64,000 nt of DNA from an uncultured Christensenella sp. (GCA_905193155.1 CAJJNQ010000001.1:1315-65314), one strand, 5' to 3'. Positions 1 through 9,714 are shown, numbered from the stretch's first letter. Notes: generated by a model not told the origin, from the letters alone. A program made the numbers and translations.

Positions 1-6
1 CAGCGA

Positions 7-1035
7 TTATCGCTGCACGCGGCCGGAGGCGTTTCCGCCCATCAAGCTGCGAACTTCATCCACCGTGACGCGGTTGACATCGCCCTCGATGGTCTGCTTG
101 AGCGCGGAAGCCGCCGCGGCAAACTCCACCGCTTCCTGCGAACCATAGCCGCTCAGCAGCGCGTAGATCAGGCCGGAGCCGAAGGAATCGCCGCCGCCCA
201 GGCGATCCACCAGACGAATGGCGTATTTCTTCGATACCACCATCTCGCCGCTCACACCGTCGTAGAGCATGCCGGACCAGTTGTTATCGGAAGCAGATAG
301 GCTCTCGCGCAGCGTGACCGCAATTTTCTTGCAGCCGAAGCGCTCGACGAGCTGGCGCGCCACCGACCGATAGCCTTCCACGTTGAGCTTGCCGGCGGTG
401 ATATCCGTCGCCTCGGCGCAGATGCCGAACACGTCCGCCGCATCCTCTTCATTGGCGATGAGCACATCCACTATGGGAACGAGCTGCCCCATGACGCGCC
501 CGGCCTCTTCCCGGCTCCAGAGGTTTTTGCGGTAATTGAGATCGCAGGACACCGTCACGCCGTGCCGCTTTGCCGCCTGCACCGCGCGCAGCGTCTCTTC
601 CGCCGCAGCAGCTGAGAGTGCGGGGGTGATGCCGGTGAAGTGGAACCAATCCGCGCCGTCAAACACCTCGTCCCAGTCGATATCGCCGGGCGCAATGTTC
701 GCAATGGCAGAGTCCTTGCGATCGTAAACCACCTTGGAAGGCCGCATGGACACGCCCTTTTCGTAGAAATAAATGCCCAGGCGCTTGCCCTTGCGCAGCA
801 TGAACTTCGTATCCACGCCGAAGGCCCGCAGTTCGTTGACCGCCGCCTGACCGATGGGGTTATCGGGCACAAGCGTGGCAAAGGCAGAACTCAAGCCGTA
901 ATTGGCCAACGATACCGACGCATTGGATTCCGCGCCGCCATAGACCACATCAAAGCTCTTGGCCTGCGCAAACCGCTGGAAACCCGGCGGCGACAGGCGC
1001 AGCATGATTTCGCCGAAGGTAATGACTCTTTTCAT
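7..1035 (-). CDS. kdgK: 2-dehydro-3-deoxygluconokinase (PfkB family), copy 1
   Basis: ORF 7..1083. MKRVITFGEIMLRL N-terminus and GGGDSFGSGLIYALL PfkB motif. Start moved to ATG 1035, preceded by AAAGGAGAA. Confidence 0.85.
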   Translation of the reverse strand: MKRVITFGEIMLRLSPPGFQRFAQAKSFDVVYGGAESNASVSLANYGLSSAFATLVPDNPIGQAAVNELRAFGVDTKFMLRKGKRLGIYFYEKGVSMRPSKVVYDRKDSAIANIAPGDIDWDEVFDGADWFHFTGITPALSAAAAEETLRAVQAAKRHGVTVSCDLNYRKNLWSREEAGRVMGQLVPIVDVLIANEEDAADVFGICAEATDITAGKLNVEGYRSVARQLVERFGCKKIAVTLRESLSASDNNWSGMLYDGVSGEMVVSKKYAIRLVDRLGGGDSFGSGLIYALLSGYGSQEAVEFAAAASALKQTIEGDVNRVTVDEVRSLMGGNASGRVQR

Positions 1036-1142
1036 ATGCAATTCTCCTTTTGGGCAGCGGCGCGCTCCGCCCGCGCGTCGCAAAACGCAGGCAGAGCGCC
1101 CGCCTCAAGCGGGAGGAAACAGACCATTTGTCGTGCGGATGT

Positions 1143-2276
1143 TTACCACTGTGCAACCGATCCGTCCGTATGGAACAGGCGCGGGGTGTCCCAATCGCCG
1201 TTGAAGGTATGGGAGCGGACGTAATCCTCATCCACCTCGATGCCAAGACCCGGCGCAGTGGGCACATCAATGAAGCTGTTCACGATCTCAAAGGGCTTCT
1301 TTAAGTAACCGACGCCGCGATCCCAGCCCTCGGCCATGCCAGGGTGCTCCTGAATCAGGAAGTTGGGCGTGCAGGCGTCCACCTGCAGGCACGCCGCCAA
1401 CGAGATCGGGCCCAGCGGGTTGTGCGGGGCAACGGAAGCATAGTACATCTCCGCCATGGAGGCAATTTTACGCACTTCAAAAATACCGCCGCAATGGCAA
1501 GTATCGGGCTGGAGCACGACCGCCGCGTGCTGCTCCAGCACATTGCGGAAGGACCACTTGGTAAACAGGCGCTCGCCGGTGGCGATGGGCACGCTGGTCT
1601 TGGCAGCAATGCTCGCCATGACCTCGACGTTCTCCGGCAGCACGGGTTCTTCGACAAACATCGGGTAATACGGCGCAATCGCATCGATCAGGCGGCTGGC
1701 CATGCCCGCCATGATGCGGCCGTGAAAGTCGATGGCGATGTCGACGTTCTTGCCGACCGCCTCACGAATGGCACAGAACTTCTCCGCCAGTGCATCCACA
1801 TAGCCCAGATGGTCGATGTGTTCCACCGGCGCGTCGGGAGAGATCTTGATCGCGTCAAAGCCCTGTTCCACGCGCTTTTTCGCGTTGGCTGCGGCCTCTT
1901 TGGGCGTGTCGCCGCCGGAATGGCTGTACATGCGGATCTTGTCACGGCAGCGGCCGCCCAGCAGCTCATACACCGGCGCGCCGAGCTTCTTGCCCTTGAT
2001 ATCCCAAAGCGCCTGCTCGATACCGCTGATGCAGGAGGTCAGGATGGGGCCGCCGCGATAGAAAGTCGTGCAGTACATCGTCTGCCAGAGGTGTTCAATG
2101 CGCATGGGGTCCGCGCCGATGAGCACAGGGCGCAGTTCGTTGATCGCCATCTCGACCGTGCGAGCACGGCCTTCCAGTACGGGTTCGCCCCAGCCGACGA
2201 TGCCCTCGTCGGTAGAGATCTTCAGGAACATCCATCTGGGCTTGACATGGAAGGTTTCCAGGTTTGTGATCTTCAT
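1143..2276 (-). CDS. dgoD: Galactonate dehydratase-like enolase-superfamily dehydratase
   Basis: MKITNLETFHVKPRWMFLKISTDEGIVGWGEPVLEGRARTV ... TDGSVAQW aligns end to end with E. coli DgoD as I remember it. Confidence 0.8.
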   Translation of the reverse strand: MKITNLETFHVKPRWMFLKISTDEGIVGWGEPVLEGRARTVEMAINELRPVLIGADPMRIEHLWQTMYCTTFYRGGPILTSCISGIEQALWDIKGKKLGAPVYELLGGRCRDKIRMYSHSGGDTPKEAAANAKKRVEQGFDAIKISPDAPVEHIDHLGYVDALAEKFCAIREAVGKNVDIAIDFHGRIMAGMASRLIDAIAPYYPMFVEEPVLPENVEVMASIAAKTSVPIATGERLFTKWSFRNVLEQHAAVVLQPDTCHCGGIFEVRKIASMAEMYYASVAPHNPLGPISLAACLQVDACTPNFLIQEHPGMAEGWDRGVGYLKKPFEIVNSFIDVPTAPGLGIEVDEDYVRSHTFNGDWDTPRLFHTDGSVAQW

Positions 2277-2306
2277 AAAGCTTTCCCCTTTCTGTTTATC
2301 AGATAA

Positions 2307-3101
2307 TCAGAACTTCTCCTGCGGGATAAAACTGTTCTCCGCCAACACAGGCAGCAGCGCGCCGCCGTCCATATAAAGCGTTGTGCCGGTGATATACCTT
2401 GCGCCTTCAGAATCCAGGAACACCACGGCGTCACCCACCTCGGCAGGTGTGCAGAAGCGATGCAGCGGAATGCGGTCGGTGATGATGTCTCGCCAAATAT
2501 TCAGCTTTTCATTGCCGGGCTGAATTCGTTCAGGCAGCACAGTGTAACCGGGTGCAATCGTGACCACGCGGATGCCATACTGGCCCAGCTCCATGGCCAT
2601 GTTCATGCCAAGCTTGTTCAAACCTGCTTTGGCCGCGGCATAGAAGGTCGCGCCGTTCCAGCATCCCTGCGCGTGATTGGAGGAGATATTGATGATCACG
2701 CCGGGAATTTTCTTTTCCACCATGATTCGGGCGGCACTCTGCGCGCAGAAATAGGTGCCGCGCAGATCGGTGCCCACAACGGTATCGAACATCTCCGGCG
2801 TAGCTTCCAGGAAGGGCTGGAACCGCGTGATGCCCGCGTTGTTGACCATCAGGTCGATGTGATCGAACTTTTCCGAAAAATCAGCGAACATTGCGCGGAT
2901 CTGCTCCACGTCACGGATGTCCGCATGAAAAAGCTCTGCCCTTGCGCCCAGCGCACGCACCTTTTCGATGGTGTCGATCGCGCCTTCGGCGGTGGTAGAA
3001 TAGTGGATGGCCAAATCGTAACCCGCTTTGGCCAGCTGAATGGCGATGCCCTTGCCGATGCCGCGGCCTGCGCCGGTCACCATGGCAATCTTTCTGGTCA
3101 T
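2307..3101 (-). CDS. SDR family oxidoreductase
   Basis: TGAGRGIGKG glycine motif, NNAG, and S...YAAAK catalytic motif. Start set at ATG 3101 (MTRKIAMVTG); the longer track ORF would overlap eda. Confidence 0.8.
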   Translation of the reverse strand: MTRKIAMVTGAGRGIGKGIAIQLAKAGYDLAIHYSTTAEGAIDTIEKVRALGARAELFHADIRDVEQIRAMFADFSEKFDHIDLMVNNAGITRFQPFLEATPEMFDTVVGTDLRGTYFCAQSAARIMVEKKIPGVIINISSNHAQGCWNGATFYAAAKAGLNKLGMNMAMELGQYGIRVVTIAPGYTVLPERIQPGNEKLNIWRDIITDRIPLHRFCTPAEVGDAVVFLDSEGARYITGTTLYMDGGALLPVLAENSFIPQEKF

Positions 3102-3126
3102 GGTTCTTTTCCCCCGTGTTTGTTCT

Positions 3127-3756
3127 TTATTTTGCTGCTTCCGTAAAAGCCTTCGCTCGCTCGGTAATGCCGTCAAAGCTGCCGCTTTGAATCAGCGCTT
3201 TGCTCACCAGATTGGAGCCCACGCCCACGCAGGACGCGCCCGCGCGGAACAGATCCGCCGTGTTTTCCAGGCTCACTCCGCCGACGGCCATGACGCACGC
3301 CTGCTTGAGCGGACCCTTGACGTCTTTGATGTAGGCCGCCCCCAGCGCGCCCGCCGGAAAGACCTTGACGATGTCTGCACCCGCTTCCAGTGCCGTGAGG
3401 ATCTCCGTGGGCGTCATCACGCCGGGCACAGCGGCTCTGCCATAGCGGTTGCACATCCGAATGACCTCGGTGTTGAGCGTAGGCGACAGAATGAAGTCCG
3501 CGCCCGCAAGGATGGCCGTGCGGCAGGTTTCGGTGTCGAGCACAGTGCCTGCGCCCACCAGCATCCGCCCGGCGTATTTTTCTTTCAGCGTGCGGATCAT
3601 CTCCGCCGCGCCGGGAGTATCGAAGGTCACTTCGATGCAGCGCACGCCGCCTTCCAGCAGGGCGTCCGCCGTCTTCACGAGGGCTTCTGCGGGAATGCCG
3701 CGGACAATCGCCGTCACGCGCGCCTCCAGCAGGATCTTTACGATTTCCGCTCTCAT
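3127..3756 (-). CDS. eda: KDPG / 4-hydroxy-2-oxoglutarate aldolase
   Basis: IEVTFDTPGA, GAGTVL, FILSP, PGVMTPTE and VKVFPA motifs typical of Eda. Confidence 0.85.
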   Translation of the reverse strand: MRAEIVKILLEARVTAIVRGIPAEALVKTADALLEGGVRCIEVTFDTPGAAEMIRTLKEKYAGRMLVGAGTVLDTETCRTAILAGADFILSPTLNTEVIRMCNRYGRAAVPGVMTPTEILTALEAGADIVKVFPAGALGAAYIKDVKGPLKQACVMAVGGVSLENTADLFRAGASCVGVGSNLVSKALIQSGSFDGITERAKAFTEAAK

Positions 3757-3793
3757 GGAATAAGCCTCTCTTTCGTTCTGCGTCGTCTTTTTA

Positions 3794-4420
3794 TCAGGCA
3801 GCGTTTTGCTGCTGTCTGTACTCTTCTTTTTTCAGCGACTCACTCCAGGCCGTGGTCATCATCAGCGCCGTGCAGCCCGGCAGCAGCAGCACCAGCCCTA
3901 CGCCGGTCGCGCCGCAGATCAGCAGTGCCAGCAGCACCACGCACCAATAGAGGAACATCCAGCCCATGTTCTTCAGCGTCATGCTCATGGCGCAGAGCAC
4001 GACCTGCCCCAGCGACAGATGCGGGTTCAGCGTCAAAACCGGATAGCGGAACATGGCCGTGGAAAGATAGAACAGCAGCAGATACAGCAGCACCGCGCTG
4101 CCCAGCCCCAGCGCCAGCTGATTCTTATCCAGGAGCCGCGCGATGCAGCTGACCGTAGCCACAATGCAGGCGAGATCAACGATCCCCATGCCCAGCGCCT
4201 TGCCCGCGCAGGGGCGGATTTCGCGCAGCGCCATGCGGAAAGAGGTTTCGATCCCCTTCTCTTTGGCATACATATACGCAACGCCCGCGCACAGCGCGAT
4301 CCCTATGGTGAGCACCGGCAGTCCCAGCAGCGTCATCAGGATCGACGCGCACATTACGGTGTTGGGCTCTTTCCAGAGCTGCTTGCCGAAGCGCTTGAGC
4401 GCATACATGTAAAAGAGCAT
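3794..4420 (-). CDS. YesL-family (DUF624) membrane protein
   Basis: About 200 aa with multiple TM segments, located directly after sugar ABC permeases as YesL proteins usually are. SD AAGGGGTGA. Confidence 0.6.
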   Translation of the reverse strand: MLFYMYALKRFGKQLWKEPNTVMCASILMTLLGLPVLTIGIALCAGVAYMYAKEKGIETSFRMALREIRPCAGKALGMGIVDLACIVATVSCIARLLDKNQLALGLGSAVLLYLLLFYLSTAMFRYPVLTLNPHLSLGQVVLCAMSMTLKNMGWMFLYWCVVLLALLICGATGVGLVLLLPGCTALMMTTAWSESLKKEEYRQQQNAA

Positions 4421-4444
4421 GATCTCACCCCTTTTATTTTCTGT

Positions 4445-5308
4445 TTATCCCTTCAGACCGGACATGCTGATGCCCTGCACGATGTACTTCTGCGCCGCGA
4501 TATAGCAGATCAGCACCGGCACGGTCGCGCAGCCCAGCAGCACCATGATCTGGTTCCAGGTGGCAGAACTTGATCCCTGAATGGCGTAGATGCGCACCAT
4601 GATGGTCCAGTTCTTGGAATCGGGCAGCAGGATCAGCGGGAAAATGAACTGGTTATAACAGGCCATGAAGGTATTGAGGATCACAACCGAATAAACCGGT
4701 TTGGACAGCGGCATGATGATCGACCAGAGCACGCGGGCATTGCTGGCGCCGTCGATGCGAGCGGATTCCAGCAGATCCTGCGGCAGGCCATCGAAAAAGC
4801 TCTTGAGAATGAAGATCGCCCACGCCCATGCCGAGAAGGACAAGATCAGCGACCAGAGGTTGTCGATCATGCGCACGCCGAAGAAATTGGTGAACATGAT
4901 GTAGGTCGGCCACGCCAGCGCCTGGGAGTTGATCATCATCGTCCCCAGGAAGAAGGTCATGACCCACTTGCTGCCCTTGGGCTTGAGCTTGGAAAGGGCG
5001 TAGGCCGCCAACGTCGAAATTGTCACCTGAATCAATATAACGCCGACACACAACAGAAGGGAATTGAGTATGTTCTGTTCCAAATGATACTTGGCGAAGG
5101 TCTGCGGTATGTTTTCCCAAAGCCATTTATTCGGGAAGAAGGTCGGCGGAATGGCGCGGACTTCCTTGTTGGCCTTGAACATGGAGAGCAGAATCCAGAT
5201 GTACGGAAAAACCTGCATCGGAATGCCCACGCACAAGATGGTCATGATTACGCCGTAGGTCAGACGTCCCTTGCGGGACTTCATTTCAACTCTCTGCAAT
5301 GCAGGCAT
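4445..5308 (-). CDS. Carbohydrate ABC transporter permease (CUT1, MalG-like)
   Basis: Six-TM pattern and EAA-like loop (ESARIDGASNARVLWSIIMP). SD GGAGGAG 6 nt before the ATG. Confidence 0.85.
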   Translation of the reverse strand: MPALQRVEMKSRKGRLTYGVIMTILCVGIPMQVFPYIWILLSMFKANKEVRAIPPTFFPNKWLWENIPQTFAKYHLEQNILNSLLLCVGVILIQVTISTLAAYALSKLKPKGSKWVMTFFLGTMMINSQALAWPTYIMFTNFFGVRMIDNLWSLILSFSAWAWAIFILKSFFDGLPQDLLESARIDGASNARVLWSIIMPLSKPVYSVVILNTFMACYNQFIFPLILLPDSKNWTIMVRIYAIQGSSSATWNQIMVLLGCATVPVLICYIAAQKYIVQGISMSGLKG

Positions 5309-5311
5309 TCG

Positions 5312-6325
5312 TCACTCCTCCTTTTCCGCGATTCCCGCATATTCAATGGTGCGCTGAAGGTCGGCGTCCTTCTTATGGATTCGTTTGGCTTGCTGCTTCT
5401 TCGCCGACTTCGGCGTTTTCTCCCTGCCGATGGACATCTGAATGACCGTCAGCACAAACACACACACGAAGGTCAACACGGAAAGCGTAATGGCGTAGCC
5501 ATAGTTGAGGAAGGTGTAAGCCTGTTGATAGGCGTAGAGCACCATGGTCTCACTCGCGCCGGAGGGACCGCCGCCCGTCATGACCTGCACGTTGTCGAAC
5601 ATGTTGAATACGTCGATGATGGCAAGCACCAGCATCGTGGCTACCACTGGCATGATCTGCGGCAGCGAAATGCTGAAAATGCGGCGGAAGAACCCCGCGC
5701 CGTCCAGCAAGGCGGATTCGTGCTGCTCTTCCGGCACGTCCTGAAGCGCCGCCAGATAGATCACCATCGTCAGTCCGCCGCCGATCACAAGACCGGGGAA
5801 CTGCATGCACCATTTGACCAGCATCGGGTCGTTGAGCCACTTCTGCGTGGGCAGCCCCAGCACCTTCATCAGGTAGTTCGCCAGGCCGTAGTCCGGCTGC
5901 CAGATGTATTTCCACAGCACGTTCATCGCGATGCCGGGGGCGACGGCGGGGATGAAGTACATCGTGCGCATAAAGGTCTTGCCCCTGCGTACTTCATTGA
6001 TGAGCGTCGCCAGAAAGATCGGCACCCAAAAGTTGATCAGCAGCGAGATGGCAAGGAACTGGAAGGTGTTGAGCACGGCGTTGAGGAATTCCTTGTCCTG
6101 GAATGCCCGGATATAGTTGTCAAATCCAATAAAAGTGCCGGGGAGGTTAACGATATCCACCTTAAAGAAGGAAACAAAGAACCCCAGCAAAATCGGGTAG
6201 TATTTGAACATCGCGAAACTGATGATGGCAGGCACGAGGAAGAACCACGGCAATACATCCCGCTTGATGATGTCCTTGGTCAATCCTTTCTTTTTCATAG
6301 CGATCGTTTTCCCCCTTTTTCCCAT
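5312..6325 (-). CDS. Carbohydrate ABC transporter permease (CUT1, MalF-like)
   Basis: EAA-like loop ESALLDGAGFFRRIFSISLPQI plus TM pattern. The start is uncertain (M1 or M10). Confidence 0.8.
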   Translation of the reverse strand: MGKRGKTIAMKKKGLTKDIIKRDVLPWFFLVPAIISFAMFKYYPILLGFFVSFFKVDIVNLPGTFIGFDNYIRAFQDKEFLNAVLNTFQFLAISLLINFWVPIFLATLINEVRRGKTFMRTMYFIPAVAPGIAMNVLWKYIWQPDYGLANYLMKVLGLPTQKWLNDPMLVKWCMQFPGLVIGGGLTMVIYLAALQDVPEEQHESALLDGAGFFRRIFSISLPQIMPVVATMLVLAIIDVFNMFDNVQVMTGGGPSGASETMVLYAYQQAYTFLNYGYAITLSVLTFVCVFVLTVIQMSIGREKTPKSAKKQQAKRIHKKDADLQRTIEYAGIAEKEE

Positions 6326-6357
6326 TTTATGCCTTATTGAGCCCTTGCATTAAATGC

Positions 6358-6389
6358 GGAGGGCAGGCAGCGTCTCCTGCCTGCCCTCC
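6358..6389 (-). terminator. Intra-operon 13-bp stem-loop between the SBP and permease genes
   Basis: GGAGGGCAGGCAG-cgtctc-CTGCCTGCCCTCC. Only a weak T tract follows on the transcribed strand, so this is more likely an attenuator or mRNA stabiliser than a full terminator. Confidence 0.4.
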
Positions 6390-6428
6390 GTTTCTGCTTT
6401 CAATCAAGCATTTTGCTTTTTGTGCAAT

Positions 6429-7889
6429 TTACGGCTTTCTGTAAGCATCGGGGAAGTCCGTGTAGAGCTTTTCCGCACACTCGTCCAGAAGCGCCTGCGC
6501 CTCTTCGCGGGTGATGTTGGGGTTGGCCAGAATCTGCTGGAAGGGCGCCACGATGTAGTCCTTGAGGGAGTTCCACTCGGCACAGAAGGGTTCGGGTCTG
6601 GCAACGGCGTTCAGCGCTGCAAACTCGGTCTTCCAGTGGTCGGGCCAGTTGGTCGCGTAGGAGTACTTCACCTCAACCAGGTCCTGACGGGCTGCGGGCT
6701 TGGGATCGAGCAGTCCCAGCTCGTTTTCGAGCTGCCACTTCTCGCGCAGGAATTCCTCGTCATAGGACAGCAGGTTCAGAATGTTCCAGCAGGCGTCCAT
6801 CTGATCCTTGGTTGCCTGAGGATGCATTGTCCAGGTTTCGCCGCCAGCAAAGGCAACGACGTCCGCTTCGGTCTGGCCGGGGATCGGAATGACGCCGAAG
6901 TTTTCCTGCTTCTCGTCATAGGCAGCCAGCTTCTCCGCGTCCAGCGAGGTGGGCAGACCCCAGCCGTAGCAGGCGTAACCGACCGTCATGTTGGACATAT
7001 AGTCGCTGTAGCTTTCGAGCAGGTCGGTCTGGGTGCACTGATACTTGAAGACCAGGTCGTGCATGTACATGATGGCGTCCACGCCCTTTTCCTGGTTGAA
7101 GCCGATGGAGTAGGTGCCGTCGTCGTTGGGGATGACCATTTCGCCGCCCGCGGACCAGACCCACGGGGTCAGCGGCCATGCGCAGTAATCGGAACCCAGC
7201 AGGGTGTAGCCGAATCTCGGCGCGTTCTTATCGGTCAGGCCCTGCGCCAGGGTGCCGAACTCTTCCCAGGTCTTGGGAACGTTGTCGGTGGAGCCGCCGC
7301 CGGCCTCGATCGCGGTCTTGTTGTAGAGCATGCCCATGATGTAGGGCTCATAGGGAACGGCGAACCAGTGACCTTCGTCATTGTGAAGGGCGTCTTCAAT
7401 GGAGGGATTGACTTTGCCTTCATTGCGCAGGTCCCAGTTGACGACATAATCGGTGATGTCGGCGATGGTGCCGTTGCGCATGCGGGTCTGGATGTCAACG
7501 AAGGGGAGAGAACCCCAAAGGGTGGGGCCATCGCCGGACATCAGGAGCTTGTCGTACTGCTGACGATAGTCCGTGCCGGGCGCCATGCGCGTCCATTCGA
7601 TGTCATAATCGGGGAACTTGGCTTCCACTTTGCCCTTGATGAACTCAAAGCGCTGCTTGACGATATCGGAATCGTCATCCTGCGGCAGCATGTAAAGCTT
7701 GACTTTGACCTTTTCGCCGGAAGGCTGTTCGGTCTGGGTTTCCTGAGACTCCTCCGGAGCCTTCGTGGTTTCAGCCTCAGGAGCGTCTCCGCCCGACGGG
7801 GGAGGAGTGGTGGTTTTGGCACAGCCGGAGAACAGGGACACGAGCATGACAAGGCCGAGAATCAGAGCAACGAGTCTGGACTTTTTCAC
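6429..7889 (-). CDS. Extracellular solute-binding lipoprotein of the sugar ABC transporter
   Basis: Signal peptide with lipobox LFSGC, followed by a Ser/Thr/Pro/Glu-rich linker. GTG start 7 nt after AAGGAGA. Confidence 0.85.
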   Translation of the reverse strand: MKKSRLVALILGLVMLVSLFSGCAKTTTPPPSGGDAPEAETTKAPEESQETQTEQPSGEKVKVKLYMLPQDDDSDIVKQRFEFIKGKVEAKFPDYDIEWTRMAPGTDYRQQYDKLLMSGDGPTLWGSLPFVDIQTRMRNGTIADITDYVVNWDLRNEGKVNPSIEDALHNDEGHWFAVPYEPYIMGMLYNKTAIEAGGGSTDNVPKTWEEFGTLAQGLTDKNAPRFGYTLLGSDYCAWPLTPWVWSAGGEMVIPNDDGTYSIGFNQEKGVDAIMYMHDLVFKYQCTQTDLLESYSDYMSNMTVGYACYGWGLPTSLDAEKLAAYDEKQENFGVIPIPGQTEADVVAFAGGETWTMHPQATKDQMDACWNILNLLSYDEEFLREKWQLENELGLLDPKPAARQDLVEVKYSYATNWPDHWKTEFAALNAVARPEPFCAEWNSLKDYIVAPFQQILANPNITREEAQALLDECAEKLYTDFPDAYRKP

Positions 7890-8167
7890 GTGAACATCTC
7901 CTTTTCTTCTTCTGGTCTTAACGCTTCTGTTCCCGGATTCTCCTCCATTCCGGGACCCTGAGCGTCTTCTTGATTTTTATGATAGACGCTTTAATTATTT
8001 TTAGCAATAATCAAAATTGCGAAATCATCAACGAAATTGATGTGTTTATTTCAAATAAATTCCTATTATTTTGTATATATACAGATTTGTAGACACTTTT
8101 TCTTAGTCATTCAAATTTATTTGATTCATTCATGATTTTATTTTTTATGCCTTTATTCTATTCCTTT

Positions 8168-8185
8168 GGAAAACAGATTTTTCAC
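8168..8185. promoter_or_regulatory. Candidate AraC-type site A (core AAACAGATTTTTC)
   Basis: Identical 13-nt core also at 15151..15163 upstream of the DUF5107-GH31 operon. A third ACAGATTT lies at 8081..8088. Confidence 0.3.
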
Positions 8186-8321
8186 AGAATGCAAAAAATG
8201 TAAATTCTATCTTAATAAAACATTGATTTTCTTAACATTTTGTGATAGAATAAAATACAAAGAGGATTCGTCCTGATTCCCCTGTTCTTCCTGTCGGTTT
8301 GCTTGAACGGAGGTGGAACAC

Positions 8322-9197
8322 ATGAAACTTCATATCCAGCACCGCTTGGCCGAAGCATGTATCTCCTGGGGAGATTATCTGCGGCTGGGTGCGGTTTCGT
8401 TTCTTCAGCTCCAGCAGGAGAGCTATGCCTGTACGCTGGAAGCGCAGCCGGAATATCTGCTGCTCTATGTCAAAGAGGGCACGATGTATCTGGTGCGCAA
8501 CCGGGTGGAGGCCATGTACAGCGCAGGTAGCCTGCTTCTGCTCCCGCCGGAAGAGGAATACCGGCTGCATTTTGCCCGGGAAAAGCAATCCTCCGCCTAT
8601 TGGCTGAGCTTTTCGGGGTTCAGCATCACCAAACTTCTGGTGGATTCTGGACTGATGAACCAACCCGTGTTTCACACGCCGCCAGACTGCGACCTGTCTT
8701 ATCTTTTCGAAGGCATTCTGCGGCAGTCACTGCCCTCTCCCGCAGACCCGCGCACGGTTTCGCTCAACAGCATGGGGCTGTTCATGCAGCTGCTGGCGGC
8801 GATCGTGCCGCACACTAAACCCGCGCAGCCAAAGCCTACGCCGGAAAAGATCATCGAGTGCGAATGCACCACCAAAGCGCTGGCCTACGCCGTGCATCTG
8901 ATCCAGGATGACATCGCCGCGCCGCTGGACGTGGAGGAGCTGGCGCGCAGCCTGCAAATGAGCACCTCGCATTTCATCCGCACATTCAAAACACAGGTGG
9001 GATACTCCCCGCTGGCGTATCAAACGCGCTTGCGCATCGAGCGTGCCAAAGATCTTTTGCAGGCCACCGATCTGCGCGTGAGCGAAATCGCCCAGCGCAT
9101 CGGCTATCAGAACCCGATGTATTTCTCCTCCACCTTCAAAAAACACACCGGCATGACCCCGCTGGAATACCGGGAGAAGTCCTCGCTGGCGTCATAA
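8322..9197 (+). CDS. AraC family transcriptional regulator
   Basis: C-terminal double HTH (LARSLQMSTSHFIRTFK ... EIAQRIGYQNPMYFSSTFKKHTGMTPLEYR). ATG 8322 follows GGAGGTG. The track start at 8313 is a GTG inside the SD. Confidence 0.85.
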   Translation: MKLHIQHRLAEACISWGDYLRLGAVSFLQLQQESYACTLEAQPEYLLLYVKEGTMYLVRNRVEAMYSAGSLLLLPPEEEYRLHFAREKQSSAYWLSFSGFSITKLLVDSGLMNQPVFHTPPDCDLSYLFEGILRQSLPSPADPRTVSLNSMGLFMQLLAAIVPHTKPAQPKPTPEKIIECECTTKALAYAVHLIQDDIAAPLDVEELARSLQMSTSHFIRTFKTQVGYSPLAYQTRLRIERAKDLLQATDLRVSEIAQRIGYQNPMYFSSTFKKHTGMTPLEYREKSSLAS

Positions 9198-9198
9198 A

Positions 9199-9232
9199 TA
9201 AAAAAGCTTCGGGAAATTCCGAAGCTTTTTTG
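9199..9232. terminator. Bidirectional rho-independent terminator
   Basis: AAAAA-AAGCTTCGG-gaaatt-CCGAAGCTT-TTTTT. Confidence 0.8.
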
Positions 9233-9233
9233 T

Positions 9234-9545
9234 TTATCTAAGAATTTTCATCGTAAATAGCTCTGACCAGAAAACAACGCTCAAAAGGATTTCCAATCCC
9301 ACGAATATCAATCCCAAGAACGCAAATATCTTTCCCCTTTCTTTGTTTTTATTGTATTGCCCTAATCCATAAATAGAAAATACCATAGCTATTATTTTGA
9401 TCAGGATGTTGATCATCGATGTCCTCAGTGTGGGTGTTGATAAAACAACACACCCAAGAATCACTGCCGGTATAACAACAGAAAAGCTGACACTACTCAA
9501 GATATTTACTTTGCCGGACTTTGTTGGGACTGACGGACGTTCCAC
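9234..9545 (-). CDS. Hypothetical small membrane protein (3 predicted TM), low-GC codon usage
   Basis: Hydrophobic segments can be read directly. GTG start with a poor SD, and AT-rich third codon positions unlike the neighbouring genes. Confidence 0.35.
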   Translation of the reverse strand: MERPSVPTKSGKVNILSSVSFSVVIPAVILGCVVLSTPTLRTSMINILIKIIAMVFSIYGLGQYNKNKERGKIFAFLGLIFVGLEILLSVVFWSELFTMKILR

Positions 9546-9714
9546 TTTCTCTTTTCACCGAACCCGTTTTCATCGCCCTTTCTTGCACCCATACAGGTGC
9601 AAAGATTTTATTTCAAACGCAGCGCGCCGACCAATATCGAGGCAGGGCAGCGGTTTCCCAGGCGCTGAAAGAGACTCTTCGCGTGACCTAGGAAGAAATT
9701 CCGGAACAGGGCGC

